A stretch of 59,223 nt of DNA, filler included, from Asterionella formosa (lineage: Eukaryota), in the NCBI GenBank assembly GCA_002256025.1. It is 4 parts of 4 records of this genome, joined end to end, with 100 filler letters (N's around TTAATTAATTAA, not from the genome) between each part and the next. Parts side by side here need not be neighbours in the genome. Positions count along the whole stretch, not along the records: positions 14,836 to 29,566 come from NKIB01005790.1; positions 29,667 to 44,395 come from NKIB01005791.1; 2 more parts are not named here. One strand, 5' to 3'. Numbering within the stretch: position 1 is the stretch's first letter; each line of letters begins with the position of its first letter. A program made the translations under genes and the position numbers. The notes beneath the pieces were generated by a model that worked only from the letters and a program-made list of their open reading frames with translations, searched no databases and had not been told where the DNA came from. This document shows positions 23,361 to 37,254 of the stretch, piece by piece.

Positions 23361-25101
23361 ATGTTTTATCACAATATTCTGCAGTTTCTTCCCTCAGCTA
23401 GGGCGCCCGTTTTTAATTTATCATGAATTTGTTAAAAATCCGTGAAAGAATCAGCATGATTTTTGCAGTAATTTCATGCAATTTAATTGGATGTTGGGTT
23501 GTTGCTCCCGACAGTTCAACAGTCGTATTCTGTGATATATGGCAGGAGTGATTCATGCTCAAATGTATCGATTTGATTATGAATTACTCAGAAGAAGCAA
23601 ACCTTGATCATTGGTCCTTGGCTTGCTTCAAAACTGGATAAACAGAGGAATGAACTTGATAAAAGAACTAAACAGAACAGACAGGAGCTTTCCATAGATG
23701 AAATCATGTGCTTGTCACTTTGCATTTTGGTAGGTTCAACAACGTTGCTGCTACATCTGGAGTTTCTAATATGGGCTCTACTTCCTGTCGCGTCCTTTGA
23801 ATTTCTATGGAATTGCATAGTAGTACACTTGATCTAACTGCATATAACTGAACAAACTGTCACATGTTTGGTTATTTAAAGGTTGGCAGGTGATGAAGCG
23901 AATGGGTCTTATTCAGCACACATGGAGACTTGTGATGTAAAAATTCACTCCTACTAGTACTACACATTTCCATACCCAACATACCAGAGGAAATCTTCAT
24001 TTTGTACATGTCAAGTGCTCAATGTTAATGATTAGTTTCACCGTGGCCTGGTCAGTTTTTCTTATGTCAAGAGCTTCATGCAAAGATTCATTTAATCAAT
24101 TTTTTGGGTTGGGGGAGGGAGTAATAATATTTGAAAGGTTTTCAGCTAAGTGTATACAAGATGGGGAATATTGTTGAGGCCACTTACATTCAAGTTTGAC
24201 ATGATACAGATAATCATGTTTTGCATTTGCCATTGCTCTCCACAATTTTCTACTTGAGGCAGATGACATGGCCAACATCCTGCTTTCTTGGGCCATGAAG
24301 TTACACATGGAATTTCATAGCATGGCCTTCCAATCAACAATTCTGCGTGCTTCCATAGTTTGTTAGCATAGTTGAGTCCCCAACAATCTTTTGTTAAAGG
24401 TGATTGCCTCAGCTAGCTGCAGAATTAGGGGAAACTCCAACTGCCTACTAGGAAGGTGGCACACTGCTTGTAGGGGGGCTACCCAATTTTCTTGAGCACC
24501 AGGCAAGACCGCGCGAGACAGTGAGGAGTGTGGGAGTCAAATGCAACAATTCCTTCTCAAAAAAAATAGCGTGAATTGAACTCCACAACTTCAAATCAAA
24601 GGCAATGTGCCCAACCAACTGAGTCATTCCCCAATTTGACCCATGAAACTGGGGTCCTGCCATCACTTTGAATATGAAAATCAAACATGACAACTTATCA
24701 CAAAAAGCAGGAAAAAGGTCTGGTCCATTTTTCCAGATTGGCTCCATTTTGAATATCTCAAAGAAAATCCAACCTCATGGTTGCCCATTGTGATTTACAG
24801 GAGTCTGCACCTTGCTTTGAAATTTGATCAGATTTGGGATCGAATTCCTCTAAATAAACATTGTCTGGGAATCTATATGGAGGCTTGTAGCCAGTGAAAT
24901 CATTGAAACAAGATGAAATTACAGCACTCCATGGGTATCATTGATGGGCCACCACCTTGAAGCATTGTTTTAACAAGTCAATTAAACAAATAAATTTAAA
25001 ATTAAGTATTGAGAGTAACTCCTTCATTACTGACCAAAAAATGGCTCAACATTAGTTACATACTCAAAAGCGTGGTATGTGGAACTCCTATAAATATCGC
25101 A

Positions 25102-26192
25102 TCAAATACCAGGTGGAAGGACTATGCCTTGAGCCAGCAGTGATCCCGCAAGCCAGCTATCATAGTCAAACTCCAATTTTCCTCCAAACTCGCATGGAAC
25201 ACATTCTGCCATGATTCCAAAATCAGATGCTAGTTGTGTTATAGTCACATCGTGTGATCCAAAGTGGGAAATGAGCTTCCGTCGCGCTTCCTTTCCCATT
25301 GCCCACAGAATAAAGGGCATGACGATTTCAAAGATTCTACTGTGGGCTATACAATGCACTGCCGGGATTCGCATAGGTAGCGAATACCATGTGCTGCGTA
25401 TCATGATATTCGAAATTTTTCTGTCGAAATGAGCGAAAGTGTATTTTTGACTTGTACCGGCAAGCATGACGAAACCCTTTTTTTGAGTTTCGACATCCTG
25501 CAGTGCCTGATGAATAGTGAACCAATAAGCTCGAGCAAACGACGTTCGATGGGCCGCGGATGGGTTCATTGCCCATTTGGAGCGATCAATAAACAGTAAA
25601 GCTCTACCTGCCTTGTCCTTTCCGGGCAAGACAATAAGTCCACCTAACTGGAGGCATCCAATGTCTTGAGCAGACAAGTCATGAGCCGAAAGAGGGTGAA
25701 ATGCATTGTCTCCAAAGAGCTCAATCTTGGTCTTCCAATACTGGCGAATGCGTGTCAATGCCAACTTTAGCAGTTTATTAGAGAAATCGAATTGGTTTAG
25801 CTAATGTTTCAGTCCACTACATGCAAAATGATCACAACATAACCTAGGTGGCAACGAAGATTCATTCAGGCCAAAGTTCTTACCTCCACATCGAATCGCT
25901 CCGCCCTCAGAAACATTAGCAGAAATTCTTGACTCATAAGATATTCCGGACAACGCTGCATTGCTTGCTGCACGGGTGTCGAAGTCGTAGTTTGCTGGGC
26001 TTCCGAGACCACCCTTTCCAAAACCTGCTGCAGGGTCTCTGATATCATCTCGTCCGTTTCGTCAATCTCAGCCGTTTCAAGTCCGAGCATGTCCGCCTGA
26101 TCAAGCTGCATCTGTTCCTGGGATAGTAGGGCTCTCTCAGCATTCAATTCTTCCTCAGTGGTGCGAGGAGCAGTAATGGAAAGGGATACCAT
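25102..26192 (-). CDS. CRAL-TRIO (Sec14-like) lipid-binding protein, 2 exons (26192-25884, 25764-25102)
   Basis: FLLMFLRAERFDVE|LALTRIRQYW, LPGKDKAGRALL, QKKGFVML, LPMRIPAVH and VPCEFGG. GTAAGA donor at 25883. Confidence 0.85.
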
Positions 26193-27166
26193 GATGATCG
26201 TTGAGAAGGATGGAAGCGATGTGAAATGACTGCCTGATACTGCATAGGTGGTAATGAAGGGAAATGTTATACTACTGGTAAAGGTATGTATACATACGAT
26301 GTACCGGTATGCCTTCATGAACATACGACGGTCCTGGTACCAGGGTACCTGGTACTTGGTACCAGGTTCCTTGTACTCCTACTGTATACCGGTATATGGA
26401 TATTGAGGTACGAGTTCCCGGTACATATTTCACACAACTCTATTTTATCATGATTCTTAAATAAACAATTTAATATGGGATAAAGAAGCTAAAGTTTTAA
26501 TTCCAGCACAATTATGTACCGCAACTTGCTGTTAGTCTCAATCCAGATATATTTATAAAATGCGGCAGTCTGTACCGGCATATATGGTACTATAAAGGAG
26601 TGCTACGTCCTGGTTCCATCATAAGGAATCAAATACTGGAATAAGATTCTGTATCAGTTTATGAGTCTTCTGTATTGAATATTGTGTTCTGATCCATGAT
26701 TCTTGGGAATGGACAACTCACATAACATTCATGAATCTCTCATGATTGTAGTAGGTGGCATTTCTAGCAAGATGCAGGTGGAATTTTCATGTTGGATTTG
26801 AACCAAGTGATTTTATTGAGATGGTATGTAAAGCATTTGGCCATTTACATAAATAGCTCTGCCAAACAGGTGGTGGATGTCTTGAAGTCATAGAGTTGTG
26901 GTATGTATGGACCTCCAACTATTTATTGAACTACCTATACTATGCTGCAGTCCATTTTGCAATCACCATGCATGACTCCAAACTACACTGACCACTGTTG
27001 TTCCTAGGTAGTTCTTGCTATATGATATTGCAACGGAAATGTATTCTAAAAACCACAAGAAGAAACACAAATAGATTAAACTCACTCTTGTACACAAGTT
27101 TGTTCTCAAGAGGCTGTCACTTTTTAACAAGAAATTTCCAACAATTTCCACCATGCTCTTTTTCCC

Positions 27167-29566
27167 CTAAAAACTTGCAAATATCTTATTTTCTTTGGGC
27201 GTAATAGGTGGATCAACCTTTGTAGTCTTGTCCACCAAATGATCCCAATTCTCAAAATTTGCGGTATCCAAAGGATCCTTAATCTTTGGAACCCATGGAG
27301 CTCTATATTCCCTTTCCTTCAAACGTTCAAAACNNNNNNNNNNNNNNNNNNNNNNNNNNNNNNNNNNNNNNNNNNNNNNNNNNNNNNNNNNNNNNNNNNN
27401 NNNNNNNNNNNNNNNNNNNNNNNNNNNNNNNNNNNNNNNNNNNNNNNNNNNNNNNNNNNNNNNNNNNNNNNNNNNNNNNNNNNNNNNNNNNNNNNNNNNN
27501 NNNNNNNNNNNNNNNNNNNNNNNNNNNNNNNNNNNNNNNNNNNNNNNNNNNNNNNNNNNNNNNNNNNNNNNNNNNNNNNNNNNNNNNNNNNNNNNNNNNN
27601 NNNNNNNNNNNNNNNNNNNNNNNNNNNNNNNNNNNNNNNNNNNNNNNNNNNNNNNNNNNNNNNNNNNNNNNNNNNNNNNNNNNNNNNNNNNNNNNNNNNN
27701 NNNNNNNNNNNNNNNNNNNNNNNNNNNNNNNNNNNNNNNNNNNNNNNNNNNNNNNNNNNNNNNNNNNNNNNNNNNNNNNNNNNNNNNNNNNNNNNNNNNN
27801 NNNNNNNNNNNNNNNNNNNNNNNNNNNNNNNNNNNNNNNNNNNNNNNNNNNNNNNNNNNNNNNNNNNNNNNNNNNNNNNNNNNNNNNNNNNNNNNNNNNN
27901 NNNNNNNNNNNNNNNNNNNNNNNNNNNNNNNNNNNNNNNNNNNNNNNNNNNNNNNNNNNNNNNNNNNNNNNNNNNTGTGGCGGCGATGCATGAAGGATAG
28001 GCCCTCGAGAATACCAGCTCCATAAAATTTGGCACTCTTTTCTGGCACACCATCGAACGTGGACTTGTGCAATACAGAGTATAGTTCTCCTCCTTGAACC
28101 AACCCCAACAGCATATAGACACGTTGACTGTCCTGGTATGTATGGACCAATCGAATGATGAAGGGACTCTTTAGTTGGGCCATGATATCCTTCTCTTGTA
28201 CGACACCTGAAGCTTGATTATTTTGAATTAATTCGTACTTGGACTGAACTTTGAGTGCATATGGAACTTTGATTCCGTCTCGGTTGGAGCGTGAGACCAA
28301 CCAAACTTGTCCAAAAGTTCCAGCTCCCAAAATCTTATGGCGCTGCAAATCGGACATTTTGATGTCTGCATCCCCTCCAATTAAGGATGCAGTCATTTTA
28401 GTCTTGCCCTTTCCAACCAATGTGGTATCAATCATAGTACGACATTCTTCCAATGAAAGGCATCCCAATGTACAGTTTTCCAAAACAGTCACTGTGTATG
28501 CTGGGGTGCACACAGGATCACGATTGGAACCTAACTTTGCATCCTCAGCCAACATGTCTTCACCAAAATATCCACCTTCGCCAATGTCCTTGTCAATTTT
28601 CCCATCAGCAGACTTTATGTGTACACGACCTTTTCGGACTAAGTAAAATGCGGCATCCACTTGTTCTCCCTGAGTAAAAATGACATACCCAGTGCGGTAA
28701 ACATCATCGACAATCAGGTCGGCCAAGGCGGCCAGATCAGATGGGTCCAAGTGAGTATGTTGAATAATCTTGAGAGCGGCCTGTAGAAGAATTGAATGGA
28801 AATGTGGAAAATTAGTCATCATTAGTAAATTTGTGAATAAAGAAAGTCTTGACAAGGAAAACAGGGACTTACCAAGGTTCTTTTGTCAGTTGCCTTTATC
28901 ACTAATTGACTCAAATTGCCCATAACCTTGGAAAAGGTGTCACTATCAATGCTCAATGCAATCCCCTTTGTCACACCAATACAATTTGCCGCTCTTGGCT
29001 CCTTTGTCACCAAAGCTCGTTCACCAAAGAAATCCCCCGGTCCCAACACTTGATCTTCAAATGGTTGACCTCCAACTTCAATATTTGTCGCCTTGACTTT
29101 TCCTTCTTGAATGACATAAAATGCATCACCTACTTCTCCTTTTTTGAAAATATATTCTGCTTCATTAAATGGACGCACTCTCATGGTTCCAACCAACTTG
29201 TTCAAATCAGTAGGATCCAAATCCTTCAAAAAGGAAATGTTTCTCAACAAATCAATTTTGGCCTTGTCGGCTTGTTGAGTTTGAGTTTGAAGGATATACC
29301 GAAAGGTGGTCTGATCGACTCGAAACAAAGTGCAATTGGTAATTGCAATGGCCGACGCAGCTCTAGGACAAGTGTACAACAAACTCAATTCTCCAAAGCA
29401 ATGTCCCCGCTTTGCCGTCCCCACCTCCTTGCCATTAACTTCGAATCTAACTTGACCGTGAAGCAGTACATAAAAGTAGTCTCCTTGATCACCTTGTTGA
29501 ATAATAACATCATCGTTAGGTACATGAACTTTTTCAAAAGCAGCAATCATGGTTTTCATTTCCCGA
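27167..29566 (-). CDS. cGMP-dependent protein kinase-like (at least 3 cNMP-binding domains + kinase); 5'-truncated by scaffold end, internal N gap 27334-27975, intron 28872-28781
   Basis: cNMP motifs FGELSLLYTCPRAAS, FFGERALVTKEPRAA and YFGEDML. Kinase motifs LGAGTFGQVWLV, YALK and GGELY. AGC tail APWVPKIKDPLDTANF...F..F. Confidence 0.9.
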
Positions 29567-29666
29567 NNNNNNNNNNNNNNNNNNNNNNNNNNNNNNNNNN
29601 NNNNNNNNNNTTAATTAATTAANNNNNNNNNNNNNNNNNNNNNNNNNNNNNNNNNNNNNNNNNNNN
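29567..29666. other. Artificial 100-nt scaffold linker
   Basis: N44-TTAATTAATTAA-N44. Confidence 0.97.
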
Positions 29667-31724
29667 CACTGTAACAAAACCACGTTCCACAACACCGTCG
29701 TGCTGCGGAGTCGTACGAGGTGCCGTAAATTCCATCTTGACACCTTGGTTTTCACATACTTTGCTTCTTTAGTTGCTTGGAGTTCTCACCTGCGTCATCA
29801 CATCGGACAAATTAAGTCTTATGTCCTGCACCTGCAAGTTTTGTGAGTAACACTCCAATGACAGTTCCGATGTCACTTTTCTTCTTGATAAAATAACTCC
29901 AGCGTTTCCTTGTCTAATCGTCCACGGCCATCACCCAATACTGATTTCCCACAGCGGATTTTGCATAGGATCCGCTAATATCAATAAACAGTCTTTCTCC
30001 TGATGTCGTAGCATTCTCTTGCGTCATCTGGGGTACTGCGCATGCTTTCGCCTTGGCTGCTGCGCATCCTATCCTGCGCACACCTTTAAATTTCCCACAA
30101 GTTTCCACCCAAATAATTTCGATGTCTCACGAAGACATTTTCCCCCACATGTTCAAGCATTTCATGTGCTTCATTTATTTCAACAATCACATCATTATTT
30201 TCGTTCGCGTTTCTTTTCTCGATCGTTTCACCTATCGCTTTCGTCGTTTTCTTCTTTTCGTCTACTTTCGTCCATTCATTCTCTTCTTCTTTGGTATCAT
30301 AGTCGATAGATTGTTGTGCTGGCTTCTCGCTTTCTTGTTCAACCTCCAACACCGTTTCCTTTAGAATAGGCGTTCCTTGCTTGCACATGGTACATTGCAC
30401 CAATAGTCCTCGTTTCATCACGTTTGCAGATCAAAAATCCGTTGTTGTTTCTGATCGTCATCTTATCATCGTCAAACATAACTTTATTTCCCTTATCAAT
30501 AATTCTCGAAATGCTGATGATGTTCTGCTTGAACTCCGGTGCATAGAGCACATTGGTGAGTTTCAACACTTTTCCTTTGTCTGTCGTCGTAAGGGTCACC
30601 GTGCCTGATACAGTCGCAACAATTGCTGCGCCGTTTCCCACAAGAACAGTTTCACACACTGCGCGCTTGTCCTCCATGATGCGCTCATCATTGCATATAT
30701 GTACCGTAGCACCACTATCTAGTAGCCAACGGTCCTTATGCACGCACGTATAATTTACCTCTTCGTTGTACCTTGCCTCAATACACGTCACCACGAACAT
30801 TCCTTGCGTAGTGGTGTTGGCGTCTTCTCCCTTCTGTTTGATTGGTGCATTTTGTTGATTGTTGCACTCACTGGCATAGTGCCCCATCTTCTGGCAATTA
30901 TAACACTTCACATTCTTTCTCTTATTTCGTTGCTCGGGAGTTAATTCTCTTTTTTCTGTAGTATTGCCCTTGCTTCGGCAATCAACTGCCTTGTGGCCAT
31001 ACTTGCCACACTTCCTGCAGTCTCCCTTGAACTTGCTTTTTGAAAAGAAGGCCTGCTCGCCATTCTTACTTGTCTTGGTTTCGTCGCGCACATACAAATC
31101 GTAATAGTCGCGTACATTCTTCTTGACCTCTTGGATCGTGAGCTCGGAGCTCGCGAGAGCAAATTTTCCAACCACCAAACTCTTGTAGACTTCCGGTAGG
31201 TTGTTGATAACATGCGCCACATAGGCACCATCCGATATTGCGGAGCTCGTACAGCTCAATCGTTCTCGAATTCTATCCAACTCCACAAACCAAATGTCAG
31301 GGTTCTCATTCTCGTTAATCGTGCATTTTGTCCACTGACCTGACAAGGCAATCACATTTGCCATATTACTTGACTCGTACGTAGACACTAACTTGTCCCA
31401 CGCTTCCTTCGTATTTCCATTGGGGAACTCTTCACTTCTGGCACCATTTACGTATCCAAATGGTCCACTCTGACATGCCATAATCAAACTTGCATAGGCA
31501 ACCGTATTATTTCGTTTCGCACGCTTCTCATCGTTGTCGCTTGGAACAATCTTCACTCCAGCTGAATCTCTCTCACCTGGTGATACTTCATCTCCATTTA
31601 GGATTCCTTCAAAACCTTTGTAGCAGGTGTAGGCCACAAACTTCGCTTTCCAAACATGCCACTTGGCATCGGTACCATCAAATGTTGGCAACCGCACTCC
31701 TGATGATTCGCCGTCAATTCCCAT
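29667..31724 (-). mobile_element. Ty1/Copia LTR retrotransposon, degenerate gag-protease-integrase portion (RT/RNase H cut off by scaffold end)
   Basis: Gag LPTFDG...WKAKF, two CCHC knuckles and protease WLLDSGATVH. Frameshifted integrase follows (AHEMLEH, C..AKA, GERLFIDISG, AVDD*TR, RCDDAGEN, TPQHDGVVER), so integrase comes directly after protease as in Copia. No LTR or PBS confidently located. Confidence 0.9.
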
Positions 31725-32648
31725 CTTGAGTACCCTTTCAAACCTATCGCTTTAAAGCGTGTTGAAATGGTCTGTACTCCTTCCCGCGGGTTGGGTCTCT
31801 CTTCACGTAGACTCTTACGTGATCGTAGTACTACCTAGTACCATTTACTTTCTTTGCTGTCAATTAACACACTGTTTCCTCGGTTGATAATCTAAAACTC
31901 AAATTAAATTATAAGCTAAACTAACTGTTTCCTTTCCATGCATCTTTGCTTCCTGCAAAGTCATTCTAAGACTCTCTTCGATTTTCCACTTAACATTTCC
32001 TTAGAAATCTTCAATCTCTGATCTCGTTAGACAGCTGATTGACGTGGCAATGCAATATTCGACTCGTTCGATTACAATCGAGTCCACAATCCTTGTGACT
32101 CGGGCTAATATTCTTGACATAGCTATAGCTGCTCCGCCCTTCAACGTATTATCAGTACTTTCTGTATTAGGTATGGATGGGTGTGGTCCGCCCGAGGTAG
32201 AAGTCGTTCTCGCGTTTACATTTGTACCAACCATTTCTTAGGTGTCGGTTTGACCTAAAATTCAGGGTGGCTGTGAATGAGAACGCCTGTTTCCCTCTCT
32301 TTCAATGCGCGCTTCGTGCACATCCCATGTTTCCCCAATGTAAAGTACCTGGTGGTACCAGGTACAAGAGTACCGGAGCGTCGTAAATAGTACGACATAC
32401 AACGTGGTGGGGGACAAGCAGACAACACTATGGCTATACAGAAAGTACAGTAGAGTTTACATAGCTACCAGTATGTACGATCATTCGGCTTGCTTCTTTC
32501 TTCGAATATTTGCTTTCACCCTCAGTCTGGCAGCATGGCTGGTTCGGACAATGATCATGGCATTTTCGAAATCTTCACCCTTTGAATTTTGGTTTGATTG
32601 CCTTCCATCGACATTCTTTCCACCATTCGGCCACTTCCAATTTTCATC

Positions 32649-33380
32649 ATGATGCTCTCTGCCATTGCTAGTGCCTCCAAGGAACGCACATCGCATCCCA
32701 TTGTGACTGGAACTTCCGTTTTGGGATTGAAGTATTCTGGTGGTGTCATGATGGCTGCTGATACGCTTTGTAGCTACGGATCCATGGCCAAATACAAGAA
32801 CGTTCGTCGTTTAGTGGAGGTCGATAAGGTTTTGTTGGGTGGAGGAGGAGAATACAGTGATTTCCAAGCAATTGAAGACATGCTTAAGGCTGATGCCTTG
32901 GAAGAAGAATGCACCTCAGGGCTCTACGATTCGCACAGATCGAATGCTCGCGAGACTTGGAATTATTTGCGAGCTGTCATGTACAACAGACGCAATAAGA
33001 TGAATCCTCTTTGGAATGACTTGGTCGTTGCTGGAAAGGATGCGGACGGCAAGGCTTTTTTGGGATGGGTTGACAAGATTGGAACAACGTTTGAGGAGAA
33101 CATTGTTGCAACCGGCTTTGGAAGTTATTTGGCTATCCCCTTGTTGCGCGAAAAGTATAGGCCTGATCTAGATGAAGGTGAAGCCCGAGCATTATTGGAG
33201 GACTGCATGCGCATCTTATTTTACAGAGATTGTAGGGCCTCAAACCGCATTCAAATTGCCAAGGTAGAGGAAGAATCCGGCGACGTGTTGATTAGTGAAC
33301 CATACGAGTTAGATACTCACTGGGACTCGGCAGCGTTTGTTTCTCCAGTTGCTGACCTTGATGGAGATGGTGGCTGGTAA
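32649..33380 (+). CDS. PSMB4: 20S proteasome beta-7 subunit (PSMB4/Pre4)
   Basis: RTSHPIVTGTSVLGLKY..GVMMAADTL.SYGS, GEYSDFQ, MYNRRNKMNPLWN, ATGFGSYLAIPLLR and CMRILFYRD. Confidence 0.95.
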   Translation: MMLSAIASASKERTSHPIVTGTSVLGLKYSGGVMMAADTLCSYGSMAKYKNVRRLVEVDKVLLGGGGEYSDFQAIEDMLKADALEEECTSGLYDSHRSNARETWNYLRAVMYNRRNKMNPLWNDLVVAGKDADGKAFLGWVDKIGTTFEENIVATGFGSYLAIPLLREKYRPDLDEGEARALLEDCMRILFYRDCRASNRIQIAKVEEESGDVLISEPYELDTHWDSAAFVSPVADLDGDGGW

Positions 33381-33921
33381 TTAAGAATAATTTCTCAGCA
33401 TTTGATGGAATCGAAGCACGATTCTTTAGCACTGTTTCATTACACTAGTCTACCACATGTTCTCATAATTCATCGGACTGTACACATCTTGATATTACCA
33501 CTCTGATGGTCGCAGATATTATTGAGGACCATTGGTGTAACAATTGTGGCTTCTCGAACTCACATGCGAATAAGAATATGATGGTTACCTTCACTACAAC
33601 TAAAGAACTACTCCGTACAACTGTTGGCATGCATACTGAAGGGTTTCCAGAATTAACGCATCGAACCGAAGTTCATTTTCTTCGCACACCTGCTTGACAA
33701 ATATTATAAAACAAAGCTCGACTTGAGTCCAGATGTGCACCCCCTGCGGCAATCGAATGATTCCCATAGCTGCGGAATTCCTCGAAGAAAGAAGGCATAT
33801 ACACCTCCTGAAATGTGCAATGTCTTTCGTGACGTTTCTTACAGCTGCGAGCGGAATTTATGCCTCTTGTTGCAAAAATACTGTGTTTCATGTACGCAAT
33901 GCCAGCTGTCCAGTCTCCTGT

Positions 33922-34428
33922 TTAAACAATGGTTGTAGTGGACCCCAACGTGCTCATCGATTTGAAATTTAAGTAACTTATTGGCCCCAGAGAATTACTT
34001 TGCACTCGTAACTCCACTTTATACCCTTCTACGATAGAAGGTATTGCAGCATCCACCCGTTTATTCAAAATGCGGTGCAGATTCGAGTTTAAGGTAAAAA
34101 TGGGTCCAATCCACAAAAAAAGACACAATCCAATGATCCACACCTTTTTCTGAGTGTCCATCCCTTTCATGAACCCAATAGTGGTTACGTTCATGATAAG
34201 TCCCACAAGTAGCATGCCTCTCAAAAGGATCCGCTTTTCGTTGATTTCCTGCGAGATCACTTTGAGAGCCTGAACAATGCCTCTCCAAAATATATCCGAA
34301 ATTTGAAGAGAATCTGGCTTGCCATGAGTGAAATGTGGATACGGATCTCGGGTCAGGATGCGGCCATTGAGGACCAGTACGTTGATGCTCTCCAAAGGCG
34401 AGGCATCTTGGTAAGGATGATCCGACAT
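33922..34428 (-). CDS. Hypothetical small membrane protein (2 predicted TM segments)
   Basis: About 168-aa ORF from ATG 34428 with two hydrophobic stretches. No family recognised. Confidence 0.45.
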   Translation of the reverse strand: MSDHPYQDASPLESINVLVLNGRILTRDPYPHFTHGKPDSLQISDIFWRGIVQALKVISQEINEKRILLRGMLLVGLIMNVTTIGFMKGMDTQKKVWIIGLCLFLWIGPIFTLNSNLHRILNKRVDAAIPSIVEGYKVELRVQSNSLGPISYLNFKSMSTLGSTTTIV

Positions 34429-35574
34429 GAGGTCGGTGCTTGTTGTGAATGTATGATTATATACTACCCCGGCCGAGTAGTTCAATCCTCAAAATCATCA
34501 GAAACAAATGGTGAGAAAATTGTTATCATGTAGCGTAAATGTTTTGGCAGTTTTTGTTGTGCATATGTGGCAGGAATATTTGATGCTGATACCTTGCTCA
34601 CCGGTAAGCATATCATCTAAGTACAAAGATAACAAATACATCGCATTTGACATATTCATATTGCCCGATGCATTTGTACAGGTATACCGGTACCTGTATC
34701 CTCAGGGTGAGCCACGTATTTGTACACTACCAACATGACCTGACAAGTCATGTTTTGTACATACATATAAACCTGGCAATATGTGCAGTATACCGTTAGT
34801 ATATTTATTCTTCGGCGGAATCAATCATGTGATTGAATTGTCACTAACAAAAGGTATAAAACACAAGCATCATTATATACACCGGTTAATCGACCGGTAA
34901 CAGGTTATATACACTCACGACACATATAAGGTACCGTATATGACGAAGATTTCAGATTGTGAATGGCCGGCTCGTTGAAATTCGGCATCGTATGTACAGG
35001 TATATGAATCATTTCATAAAAGCAAAAAACACGACATGCAACCTGGTACGGTATTCATCAATGACACCATGCACCATGATTGATTTTCGTATCTCCCACC
35101 CGTTTGGAAATACTCAGTACCAGGTACCCTGGAACCAGGTACTCAGTACAACACAGTCCCTCCCTTCGCTTTTGCAAAATGAATCCGTTGTTTTTGCTCA
35201 ACGGTTCTATAAAGAGTAATTCATAGTCTAGCTAAAATACGGGTAAGAGGCGAACGCATGACAGAGGGAAGAACAAAGGCATCCTACCGGTACATTGCTT
35301 CACCTGTAATGGAGGAAATAGGAACCTGCTACAAAACAACTGAAGGTAATACACGACCGAGGGTGGAGACTGCCTGCGAGTATTCTTGTGTTCGAGCGAG
35401 CTCTCAAGCTGAGTACAAAAGATTTCGAGTAGGTAGACTCCACCCGAGTACCGGCAGGCTATTACCTAGGCAATTCACAAACTAGCTATCGGCGCGCTTT
35501 TCGCCACTAAATTGCCATTTCAGTAAACATTGAAAACCTATTTTACATAGTTTGCATGTTGGATGCGAACCAGC

Positions 35575-35699
35575 CAATTGCCCATCATATAAACATATCT
35601 TGTAGATTTCATATGTACAGTGTTTTTGGATTACTCAATCCTGCAATTGCTCATCATATAAAACATATTTTGTATATTTCATATGTTCCGTTTTTTGAG
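35575..35699. repeat. Imperfect tandem duplication (about 70-nt period)
   Basis: CAATTGC.CATCATATAAA(A)CATAT.TTGTA.ATTTCATATGT occurs twice. Confidence 0.7.
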
Positions 35700-36741
35700 T
35701 GCCAATCTACCTTCAATATTTTCAATAGCCCCTAGATTAAATTGCCGAAATCGACTGCCGTTTATTTAGGGGAATTTGATTACTGATATCTATAGCCCCT
35801 CAATTGACTGCCGTTTACTTAAGGAAAATCGACTCCCGAAATTGGACGAGAGTAGGAGGAGCTACATGAAGGCACGAAATGATGGTTTTCTTTTAAGTGT
35901 CGATGGCAATTCCACTATTTACATCCCTGCTATCTTCCAGCATGCTCGAATGTATACAAAATCTGGTCATTGATGTCTCAAATACTGACTCTTCATCAAA
36001 TGGGTCTGGCTGGTTGTTGGATAATTCGATTTCTTATGAGATTCATATCGTTGCATCGTGCTTGCTTCGTCACAGTGGCGCCAAAATTTCGGTTCCCCTT
36101 TCTGTTGATTTCCGATAGCCTTTCCGGTCAACTTTTTCGCTAGATTTGATATGTAGTGATAAATAAGTTAATGATTGGTGTTCAAAAGCGACCTCAATCA
36201 GTTGTTGAGTATCAAAACTCAAAACGTTATGGTAGGTCAAAGTTAGGCTTCCATCTCGTCATAGAACCGGTATTTTCGTCAGATATGATCAGCCGTTAAA
36301 TTTTAACTATTATTTTGTAGTATGTTTTCTACGTGTCCTACACTATCTCAAATCAGATCTCGGCAGCAAGTTTTAGTGCTCACGGTGTCGGCTTTTTTCT
36401 GCTGCCCTACAATAGCATTGTTTCATTGCTTTCTAATCACAATATTACTTTTGTTACCGGTACTTCCTTTCTGCTCAAACATAAAATTGACTGCCGAAAA
36501 ATCCAATGTGCCCCATATTGCCCCTAAATAAAAAAATTACTTATAGAAGCCATAAATTACTTAGACACCCACAGTTCTCATCGAAAAGCAAGACGATAGC
36601 TAGGGTGGGGATTGCCGCTATCCCATTAGTAGCGATCGCGGGACATCTTACTAGCTGCTGTCAACCATCACCCACCATTCTACCCTCCCTAATTCACTTC
36701 TCCTCTACCTACTCTATTCCACCTAATGCAATAACGCCATC

Positions 36742-37254
36742 ATGTCAACGTCTATCGAAACAGATACCGTCATGAAGGACGTCGCTGTTGCCGTTAGTAA
36801 CCAGCAGTCTCTCCCTGAAAACCGGTTCGAACTAGAACTCGAGTTTATTCAATGCCTGGCGTCGCCGGCATATCTGCACCATCTCGCCACTATCGGGGTC
36901 CTTGCCGATCGAGACTTTCTTGACTTTTTGGAATACTTGCAATACTGGAAGCAACCAGAATACGTCAAGTACTTGAATTACCCGCACTGTCTATATTTCT
37001 TGGACCTGCTCTTGAACAATCCCATCTTTCGACGAGAATTGGCAAACGTATCTTTTAGAAACTTTGTGCACGAGCAACAGTTCTATTCCTGGCAGCATCG
37101 AGCGAGAACTCTGTATGGACAGGGATTGCCAACAGAAATTACCGAGGAAAAGGAGGAAGAGCCGACTGCAAATGATATCGACCAAGGAATGGATAAAGAT
37201 GACGAGGAGGACGATGATGATGATGATGATAATGATGACGACGAGGAAGAATAG
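36742..37254 (+). CDS. MED31: Mediator subunit 31 (Soh1)
   Basis: RFELELEFIQCLASPAYLHHLA...FLEYLQYWKQPEYVKYLNYPHCLYFLDLL, followed by an acidic tail. Confidence 0.95.
   Translation: MSTSIETDTVMKDVAVAVSNQQSLPENRFELELEFIQCLASPAYLHHLATIGVLADRDFLDFLEYLQYWKQPEYVKYLNYPHCLYFLDLLLNNPIFRRELANVSFRNFVHEQQFYSWQHRARTLYGQGLPTEITEEKEEEPTANDIDQGMDKDDEEDDDDDDDNDDDEEE

Noticed and set aside
23400..24960. Short broken ORFs suggesting a retroelement relic
   Set aside because: No RT, integrase or transposase motif that I can identify.
31725..32260. Copia 5' LTR and primer-binding site (e.g. minus-strand TGGTTGGTAC at about 32233)
   Set aside because: No second LTR is available for comparison, no TG...CA boundary is adjacent, and no tRNA complement is recognised.
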